Part shown: in pieces, positions 57,499 through 64,000 of the stretch | Numbering within the stretch: position 1 is the stretch's first letter | Layout: each line of letters opens with the position of its first letter | Assembly: GCA_964478595.1 (NCBI GenBank) | Contig: CAYZIN010000003.1 | Location: 1,357 to 65,356 of the forward strand | DNA length: 64,000 nt | DNA from: an uncultured Candidatus Saccharibacteria bacterium | GTDB taxonomy: Bacteria > Patescibacteriota > Saccharimonadia > UBA4664 > CAZJNH01 | Direction: 5' to 3' | The notes under the pieces: generated by a model | Databases searched by the model: none | Seen by the model: only the letters and a program-made list of their open reading frames with translations | What the model was told of the DNA's origin: nothing | Translations under genes and position numbers: made by a program

Positions 57499-59468
57499 AA
57501 AAACGGTTTGCCCCCAAGTTTAGTCTCGACCACGACCAAATGCCGGGTGGTGGCCGACTGAAACTCAAGCGCGGGGCGGCTCAGCGCGAGATCGGTGCCG
57601 ACGTGATCTCGGCCAAAGAGTCTGGCGGTGGCAAGATTGAGCAGCAATTTAAACGCCGATCAATTGTTGTCATGTCACTAGTCTCGGTGGTGTTGATGAG
57701 TATTTTGTCGGTGCGGTTGTTTGGCTTGCAAATCGCTGAGGGGGCCAGGAATTTGGATTTGGCGGAGGGGAACCGAATTCGGGAAAAAATCGAGCGGGCG
57801 CCGCGCGGCGCGATCTACGACCGGAACGGGGTGCTTTTAGTGCGTAACATTGCTGGTTTTGACGTATCGGTCACTCCTTCGCTACTGCCGAAAAAGGCCA
57901 ATGATCGGCAGGCCGCTTATATACGAGTTGGGCAGCTGCTTAGCATGAGCGCAGAAGACGTAAAGAAAAAAAGTGAGAATCTGAATCAAAACCCCTTAGT
58001 GCCTCAGCTGATCGCCAGCGGCATCGATCGCAACCAGGCGTTGCTTTTAGAACAGGATTTGCCGAAGTTGCCGGGTTTTCACCTAGACGTTAATCCGACA
58101 CGGCAGTATTTGGATAACGGGCTACTGAGCCATTTTCTCGGCTACATTGGCCGGATCGATCCCGCCGAGCTGAAGGCCGACAATACCTATTTGCCGACCG
58201 ACTACATTGGCAAACTGGGCATCGAGCAGCAGTACGAATCGATTTTGCGGGGCCGGAGCGGCAGTGAGCAGATTGAAGTTGATGCCGCCGGCAATCCGGT
58301 AAAAGTGTTGGCCTCGGTTCAGCCGCAAATTGGCCACGACATTCACCTGACCATCGATTTTGCACTAGAACAAAAGCTCGCAGGAGAGTTGCAGGCGCAA
58401 ATGAAGGGTGCCAACGCCACCCAAGCCGCGGCGGTGGCTATCAACCCCCAGGACGGCGAAGTCTTGGCCGCAGTTAGTTTGCCAACGTATGACGGCAATT
58501 TGTTTGCCAACGGCATTTCGAGCTCGGACTATCAAAAACTTGTCAACGACAAAGCTCAGCCCCTATTTAACAAAGCCATCGGCGGTGCATATCCTACCGG
58601 TTCGATTATCAAACCGATTGTAGCTTCCGCGGTTTTGCAAGAGCACGTAGTAACACCCGATACCACCGTTGACGACACCGGTTCGGGGCTTGAAATTCCC
58701 AACCGCTACGACCCCAGTATTAAATACGTCTTTCATAGTTATGACCCCGGCGGTCTGGGGATCGTCAATATCACCTCGGCGATCGAAAAATCCTCCAACA
58801 TTTTTTTCTACACGGTGGCCGGTGGATTTGGACCGATCAAAGGCATTGGCGCGACGAAGTTGGGCGAGTACATGCACAAATTCGGGCTAGGTGATCCTAC
58901 CGGTATCGATGTGCCGGGCGAAACGGCTGGCCGGGTGCCAACCCCAGACTGGAAAAAGCAGGCGACGGGAGAGACGTGGTATTTGGGTGACACCTATAAC
59001 TTAGGGGTGGGGCAGGGTGACTTTTTAGCCTCACCGCTACAAATGGCGGTGGCCGAAGCTGCTGTGGCTAACGGCGGCAAAGTATTTCAACCGAAGCTGC
59101 TAGAGCAGGTTTATAACGGCGGCAAAGTAGCTCAGAGTTTTCAGCCAAAGCTGGTGAGGCAGAATTTCATCGACCAAAGCAATTTGGATATCGTTCGTAA
59201 CGCGATGCATCTAGTGACGACCGGCGGGACCGCTCACTTCTTATTCGGCGATAATTTTCCAGTTGCCGTCGGCGCCAAAACCGGCACCGCCGAAACCGAT
59301 CCGAACGGCCACCGCCAACCCCACGCTTGGTTTACTGCTTTTGCACCCTATGACAACCCCCAAATCGAAATCGTGGCTCTAATTGAAAACGCCGGCCAAG
59401 GTTCGACGGTTGCCGGTCCAGCCGTCAAAAACACCCTCCAATGGTACTTCACCCAGCACCCGCACTAG
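57495..59468 (+). CDS. mrdA: Penicillin-binding protein 2 (elongasome transpeptidase)
   Basis: The start is GTG. It has a dimerisation domain plus transpeptidase motifs SIIKP (SxxK), SSN and KTGTAE. Confidence 0.9.
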   Translation: MKKRFAPKFSLDHDQMPGGGRLKLKRGAAQREIGADVISAKESGGGKIEQQFKRRSIVVMSLVSVVLMSILSVRLFGLQIAEGARNLDLAEGNRIREKIERAPRGAIYDRNGVLLVRNIAGFDVSVTPSLLPKKANDRQAAYIRVGQLLSMSAEDVKKKSENLNQNPLVPQLIASGIDRNQALLLEQDLPKLPGFHLDVNPTRQYLDNGLLSHFLGYIGRIDPAELKADNTYLPTDYIGKLGIEQQYESILRGRSGSEQIEVDAAGNPVKVLASVQPQIGHDIHLTIDFALEQKLAGELQAQMKGANATQAAAVAINPQDGEVLAAVSLPTYDGNLFANGISSSDYQKLVNDKAQPLFNKAIGGAYPTGSIIKPIVASAVLQEHVVTPDTTVDDTGSGLEIPNRYDPSIKYVFHSYDPGGLGIVNITSAIEKSSNIFFYTVAGGFGPIKGIGATKLGEYMHKFGLGDPTGIDVPGETAGRVPTPDWKKQATGETWYLGDTYNLGVGQGDFLASPLQMAVAEAAVANGGKVFQPKLLEQVYNGGKVAQSFQPKLVRQNFIDQSNLDIVRNAMHLVTTGGTAHFLFGDNFPVAVGAKTGTAETDPNGHRQPHAWFTAFAPYDNPQIEIVALIENAGQGSTVAGPAVKNTLQWYFTQHPH

Positions 59469-59503
59469 GAGTAAACAAGCATAAGGTTTAATTATAATTT
59501 TGT

Positions 59504-59532
59504 TTGACAATAGTAACTATTGACATAAATTG
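59504..59532 (+). promoter_or_regulatory. Promoter TTGACA-16-TAAATT upstream of greA
   Basis: The hexamers are in the mrdA-greA spacer. Confidence 0.4.
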
Positions 59533-59643
59533 CGGTCGGTCACACAATCAATTAGCAAAACTTAAAAAAGGCTATCTCAGGTTTCGGTGCCGCCGGGGCT
59601 TTTTTACTTCCAGGCACTGAAAGTAAGGAGGATTTGCAAGAAA

Positions 59644-60120
59644 ATGAACAACACTAACAGTAAAAAAGAATATTTCCTAACCAAGGATGGAATCGACAAG
59701 CTCAAAGAAGAGCTGGAAGATTTAACCGGTAATCAGCGGCAAAAAATTGCCGTCAAACTTCGCGAAGCCAAAGAGTACGGCGACCTGTCTGAAAACATTC
59801 AGTGGGATGACGCCAAGGATCAACAGGCATTCGTGGAGGGCAGGATTGCCGAAATCGAGCACATTTTAAAACACGCCCAAGTTATTGAATCACCACGCAA
59901 AAAAGACTCCGTCGATTTGGGTACCACCGTTCATGTCGAGCTAGAAGAAGGCAAGCAGGTTTATATGATCGTCGGTTCGACCGAAGCCAACCCGGAAGAA
60001 GGTAAGATTTCGAATGAATCTCCGATTGGCATGGCGCTGATGGGCAAAAAAGCCGGCGAACAAGTCGAAGTGGCCGTTCCGTCCGGCAGCATGACCTTTA
60101 AGATCCTCAAAATCGAGTAA
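59644..60120 (+). CDS. greA: Transcription elongation factor GreA
   Basis: The start is an ATG after an AAGGAGG RBS; the ORF-track start at 59587 lacks an RBS. It has a GreA coiled-coil plus an FKBP-like C-domain. Confidence 0.9.
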   Translation: MNNTNSKKEYFLTKDGIDKLKEELEDLTGNQRQKIAVKLREAKEYGDLSENIQWDDAKDQQAFVEGRIAEIEHILKHAQVIESPRKKDSVDLGTTVHVELEEGKQVYMIVGSTEANPEEGKISNESPIGMALMGKKAGEQVEVAVPSGSMTFKILKIE

Positions 60121-60156
60121 CTTTAATTCCAACAGGTAGCATTTGGGCTTTGTCTC

Positions 60157-60185
60157 TTGACAAAGTCCTTATGTTTTTGTATACT
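60157..60185 (+). promoter_or_regulatory. Consensus promoter TTGACA-17-TATACT (extended signature CTCTTGACAAA...G-TATACTTGCGCG)
   Basis: The hexamers are perfect with optimal spacing. The same extended signature recurs at 63931. Confidence 0.6.
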
Positions 60186-60229
60186 TGCGCGGTCTTTTGA
60201 CAGCCAAATACTTGTTGAAAGGAGCGGGC

Positions 60230-60478
60230 ATGGGACCTTTACGCATAATCGGCCTCGGCCTCGGAAGTACCGTCTTGTACTTTTTCCTGAAGTTCTGCAC
60301 GATCGGCACGCCAGTTGCGATCTTCTTCGCGGTCGGAGCGTTTGTCGTCGGTCTGATTCTCTACAATGAGAATCCCAGTTGGTCAGGACCTCGCCGGCTC
60401 GAAGAAGACGTCGAGCGCGAGAAGCGCCGCAGGCTGGAACACCCGGAGGACTTCTATCCTCCGTCGACACTCCCGTAG
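60230..60478 (+). CDS. Small two-TM membrane protein (82 aa), GC-rich cassette
   Basis: An AAAGGAG RBS precedes the ATG at 60230. The protein has two hydrophobic helices and a charged C-tail. Confidence 0.4.
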   Translation: MGPLRIIGLGLGSTVLYFFLKFCTIGTPVAIFFAVGAFVVGLILYNENPSWSGPRRLEEDVEREKRRRLEHPEDFYPPSTLP

Positions 60479-60497
60479 CCAACCGAAAGGAGCAAGC

Positions 60498-60722
60498 ATG
60501 TGCAATAGTTGCGGTGCCGAAGGGTACTCGAGTGGTCACTCGAACCACAGAGCCGGTTGTCCAAGTGACTGGGGCTTCGTAGGGACCGACAATGGTCGGC
60601 AAGTTCGAGCCTTCCACGAAGGCCAAGCCGACGCCCAAGCCGGTCGCCCGGAACTGCCGTCCGACTCGCTCTCGTCCACTTCGTACCGTCTGGGCTTCCG
60701 ACGCAGGAAGTCCGGCCACTAG
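60498..60722 (+). CDS. Small Cys-containing hypothetical protein (74 aa)
   Basis: An AAAGGAG RBS precedes the ATG at 60498. It has a CNSCG...GCPSDWG motif. Confidence 0.35.
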   Translation: MCNSCGAEGYSSGHSNHRAGCPSDWGFVGTDNGRQVRAFHEGQADAQAGRPELPSDSLSSTSYRLGFRRRKSGH

Positions 60723-60796
60723 CTCGACAGCAACAAGATTTAGGCGCAGCCCGTCACGAAAAGTGGCGGGCTGTTTGCTTTTGATAGAATACCTTT

Positions 60797-62329
60797 ATGC
60801 CTGAATCGAAATATTGGCTAGATATTGTCGTCGCGGACATTCTCAAACAGCATCCGAAGGGGGAGGTGACTGTGGCGAGCGGTATTTCCCCATCGGCTTC
60901 CTACCACATAGGCCATTTTCGCGAGGCCTTAACGGCCGACGCGATTGCTCGCCAAATCCGAGACTCCGGTCGAAAAGCTAAGCACGTACATTTTTCCGAC
61001 AACTTCGATCCGTTGCGCCGCCGGTACGAGTTTTTGCCGAAGAAGTTCGAGCAGTTTGTCGGTCAACCGATCTGTCACATACCCGATCCCGATCCGAAGG
61101 GTTGCCACAGTAATTACGCCAAACATTTTTATGCCGAATTTGAGAAGTCCGCCAAGAAGATGGGGGTTGAGATGGAGGTGGTATTTAGCTTTGAAGACCA
61201 GTACAAAGCCGGCAAAATGACTCCCTATATCGAAAAAACGCTAGAGAATATTGATCAAATTAGGGAAATCTTCGAACGCGTTTCAGGGCGCAAGCTTCCG
61301 CCCGACTGGACCCCGATTCAAGTCATTAACCCCAAGACCCAGCAGTTTTTTAACGCTAGCCTGGCGACTTGGGTAAAGGGTGACCAGACCATCGAAGGAG
61401 TCGACTATACCGGGGGTGACGTCAAGCTCAACTGGCGCCTGGACTGGCCGGCTCGTTGGGCGCTATGGAGAGTCGACGTTGAACCGTTCGGCCGGGAGCT
61501 TGCAACCAAAGGTTCTAGCTACGACACCGGCAAGGAATTCGTGAAGTTATTTGGCGGCGAAGCGCCCTACCCCGTGCCCTACGACACTATCAATCTCAAG
61601 GGCGATACCAAGAAAATGAGCAGCTCCTTGGGTAATTTAATTACTCCCGACGAAGCACTGGAAATTATGTCGGCAGAGGTTTTGCGGTTTTTTGTGCTGC
61701 GCAGCAAGCCGGATCGGATTTTGTATTTTGACTCTGGTTTGGGCTTGTTTAACCTGATTGAAGAGTACTCGAAGATCGAGCTGGCTTTGGAGCAGGGGGA
61801 AGTTCATGAATTTGCTGAGGCTTACAGGTTGGCCGTAGCCGGTACCAAACAACGAACGATCGCTAGTGTGCCGTTTAGTCATTTAGTGGCGTCTTATCAG
61901 GCGGGCTTAACCCAGGAGAAGCTGGTGTTGGAGATTTTGGATCGTACCGGATATGAGAAGGCGGTTAAGGATGAGCGCGAGATTTTGAACCGAGAGCTGA
62001 AGTTTGTGAAGAATTGGTTGGCCAAATATGCTCCTGAAGAGGTGAAGTTCGAGGTTCAACCTAAGCTGCCTAAGGTCGAGCTATCTGGCGATCAGAAAGC
62101 ATATCTAAAGGATTTGGCCGATTCTCTCGAGAAGGAGCCGAAACTGAACGGGCAGGGGATACACGATCTGGTTTACGCTTGTGCTTTAAAAGCCGATTTG
62201 AAGCCAATCCAGGCCTTCCAGGCCACTTATTTGGTCCTGCTGGGCAAAGATAGCGGCCCTCGGGCTGGGTGGTTCCTGGAGACCCTAGACCGCAAATTCC
62301 TCCTAAAGCGCCTCCGTCTCGAAGGATAA
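60797..62329 (+). CDS. lysK: Class I lysyl-tRNA synthetase
   Basis: It has a class I Rossmann fold with HIGH (SYHIGH) and KMSKS (KMSSS) motifs, in the LysRS-I architecture. Confidence 0.9.
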   Translation: MPESKYWLDIVVADILKQHPKGEVTVASGISPSASYHIGHFREALTADAIARQIRDSGRKAKHVHFSDNFDPLRRRYEFLPKKFEQFVGQPICHIPDPDPKGCHSNYAKHFYAEFEKSAKKMGVEMEVVFSFEDQYKAGKMTPYIEKTLENIDQIREIFERVSGRKLPPDWTPIQVINPKTQQFFNASLATWVKGDQTIEGVDYTGGDVKLNWRLDWPARWALWRVDVEPFGRELATKGSSYDTGKEFVKLFGGEAPYPVPYDTINLKGDTKKMSSSLGNLITPDEALEIMSAEVLRFFVLRSKPDRILYFDSGLGLFNLIEEYSKIELALEQGEVHEFAEAYRLAVAGTKQRTIASVPFSHLVASYQAGLTQEKLVLEILDRTGYEKAVKDEREILNRELKFVKNWLAKYAPEEVKFEVQPKLPKVELSGDQKAYLKDLADSLEKEPKLNGQGIHDLVYACALKADLKPIQAFQATYLVLLGKDSGPRAGWFLETLDRKFLLKRLRLEG

Positions 62330-62346
62330 GGTATACTTAATCTGAA

Positions 62347-63564
62347 ATGATTGATCTGAAAAAATTTCGGGAAGATCCGCAGGAATACGAAAAATCGGCC
62401 GAGTTGCGGGGAGTGAAAGTTGATTTTGCCCGCATTCGTGAGCTCGATGAGCAGCGATTGAAATTGACTAAGGAAGTTGATGGTCTGCGTTCGGAATTGA
62501 ACGTGACTGGCCGCCCAGACGAAAAAGAACTTGAGAATCTGAAGAAATCCAAGCTTGAGCTGGCCGAAAAAGAAAAGGAGCAGACCAAAGTCTCGGAGGA
62601 ACTCGACGAATTACTGTCGCAAGTCCCGAACTTGATGGCCAAAGATACACCCGAAGGCGGGGAAGAGGCGAGTCGGGTGGTTAGGGAGCATGGCAAAGCC
62701 GAAAAATCCGGCGCCAAAGATCATGCCGATTTTTTGGAGGAACACGGTTGGTTGGATTTTGAACGCGGAGCTAGGGTAGCGGGGAGCAAGTTTTATTATT
62801 TGACTGGACCGCTAGTCAACCTCGAGCGAGCAATTTTACAGTTGGCGATGGATAGGGCGACCGAAGCCGGTTTTACACCAATAAGCGTGCCGCATTTGGT
62901 TAATTCGAAGGTGGCGGCCGGCACTGGGTTTTTGCCGAGAGGGGAAGAAAAGCAGGTTTATTCGGTTGAAGGCGAAGATTTGCACTTGATTGCCACCGCC
63001 GAAATTCCGCTGGCTGGATTTCATGCGGAGGAAATTATTCCCGAAGCCGAACTGCCCAAAAGTTATGTGGCACTTTCCCCGGCCTACAGGAGGGAAGCGG
63101 GCGCTTACGGCAAACATTCCAAGGGGCTTTATAGGGTGCACCAGTTTAATAAATTGGAGTTTTTCGTCTTTTGCGCGCCAAAAGACAGCCCCGCTTGGCT
63201 GGATAAATTAGTGAAATTAGAAGAAGACATCGCGGCCGCTTTGGGTATACCATACCGAGTGACGCGCACAGCGGCGGGCGACATGAGCGCGCCGGCTTAC
63301 GAAAAGTACGATTTAGAGTACTGGAGCCCTGTTGATGGGCAGTATCGTGAGCTGACTTCGGCGTCTAATTGCACCGATTTCCAGGCCCGCCGGCTAAATA
63401 TTCGAATGAAGGGGAGTGAAGGTAATGAACCTTTGCACACCTTAAATGCCACCGCTATTGCGACTAGCCGCGCCCTGATTGCGGTAATCGAAAATCATCA
63501 GAAAGAAGGTAAAATAGAGTTGCCTGACCAATTGGCCGATTATTTTGGAGCCAAAAATTTATGA
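62347..63564 (+). CDS. serS: Seryl-tRNA synthetase
   Basis: It has an N-terminal coiled-coil arm plus class II core motifs. Confidence 0.95.
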   Translation: MIDLKKFREDPQEYEKSAELRGVKVDFARIRELDEQRLKLTKEVDGLRSELNVTGRPDEKELENLKKSKLELAEKEKEQTKVSEELDELLSQVPNLMAKDTPEGGEEASRVVREHGKAEKSGAKDHADFLEEHGWLDFERGARVAGSKFYYLTGPLVNLERAILQLAMDRATEAGFTPISVPHLVNSKVAAGTGFLPRGEEKQVYSVEGEDLHLIATAEIPLAGFHAEEIIPEAELPKSYVALSPAYRREAGAYGKHSKGLYRVHQFNKLEFFVFCAPKDSPAWLDKLVKLEEDIAAALGIPYRVTRTAAGDMSAPAYEKYDLEYWSPVDGQYRELTSASNCTDFQARRLNIRMKGSEGNEPLHTLNATAIATSRALIAVIENHQKEGKIELPDQLADYFGAKNL

Positions 63565-63920
63565 TTAAGCTGCATATTTCCGGGAAAAATTATGAACTCG
63601 ACGAGGCGATTAAGCGCTACGTTAATAAAAAGCTAGGTGGTCTTGAGAAATATTTGCCGCGCCAGGCCAAGGAGTGCAGCGGCAGTGTGGTTTTAATTGA
63701 GGATCCGAGCGGCAGGGAAGATAACCGCTACGTTTGCGAATTTTCACTTAAACTGCCCGGGCATGTTATTACGGCTCAAGAGGCTACCGTGAGCATTTAT
63801 GCCGCTGTTGATATTGTGGAAGCTAAGGCCAAAATTCAGGTTTTGAAGTATAAAGACAAGCACCAGGGCGAAAAGCGTCGGTTTCGCCGCACAGCCCGCG
63901 CCTTATTTGGTCGAGAGTAG
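63561..63920 (+). CDS. hpf: Ribosome hibernation promoting factor (short HPF/RaiA)
   Basis: It has the RaiA/HPF fold signature and is coupled to serS. Confidence 0.8.
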   Translation: MIKLHISGKNYELDEAIKRYVNKKLGGLEKYLPRQAKECSGSVVLIEDPSGREDNRYVCEFSLKLPGHVITAQEATVSIYAAVDIVEAKAKIQVLKYKDKHQGEKRRFRRTARALFGRE

Positions 63921-63930
63921 CCTACTACTC

Positions 63931-63959
63931 TTGACAAAAGGGTAATGCTTTGGTATACT
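63931..63959 (+). promoter_or_regulatory. Second copy of the extended consensus promoter (CTCTTGACAAA-N-GGTATACTTGTGCGC)
   Basis: The -35 TTGACA is at 63931-63936, followed by a 17-nt spacer and TATACT at 63954-63959. The downstream gene is outside the window. Confidence 0.55.
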
Positions 63960-64000
63960 TGTGCGCATCGTTCTTTGAGTTGCTAGCCTAAGTGGCTGCA

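Noticed and set aside
1-64000. CRISPR arrays, transposases or integrases, rRNA genes
   Set aside because: No arrays of short direct repeats with unique spacers were found, and no protein matches transposase or integrase motifs. The only notable repeats are the in-gene 375-bp tandem duplication and a CAG/CAA poly-Q run in ftsZ.

Overview
The window reads as a compact, mostly co-directional bacterial chromosome segment dominated by translation, cell-division and envelope genes. Recognised genes include rpsA, infB, rbfA, fmt, def, priA, secDF, hisS, rpsU, ybeY, dgkA, adk, map, ftsA, ftsZ, nrdR, a class II RNR, ileS, a SEDS protein, rplU, parB, lepB, an LCP protein, htrA, prmC, prfA, rpmE, rpsB, tsf, frr, uppS, rseP, proS, mreBCD, PBP2, greA, a class I lysyl-tRNA synthetase, serS and hpf. 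The organism looks genome-reduced and Patescibacteria/CPR-like, possibly Saccharibacteria-like. This is inferred from a short IF-2, a class I LysRS, no pyrH between tsf and frr, no rpmA after rplU, a ProRS without an INS domain, an LPXTG-like sorting signal and pilin-like proteins. The backbone is about 48-52% GC and is interrupted by at least seven GC-rich (about 60-65%) islands: a GH1 beta-glucosidase, an actinobacterial-type Rpf-like transglycosylase with a three-gene small-ORF cassette, the class II RNR, two coupled basic hypothetical proteins, an ORF-free segment of about 1 kb, and two cassettes of small membrane/Cys proteins. Most islands carry their own near-consensus sigma70 promoter. 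The most unusual loci are four. First, an operon encoding a 1208-aa membrane-anchored protein with two tandem 125-aa repeats, a co-translated 346-aa partner and a small acidic upstream ORF. Second, an ORF-free 1 kb between rplU and parB that holds two transcription units, one with a tRNA/tmRNA-like T-arm motif. Third, nrdR apparently initiating at AUU. Fourth, a duplicated extended promoter signature. No CRISPR array, rRNA or clear transposase is visible. Many ORF-track entries antisense to GC-rich genes are treated as artefacts.
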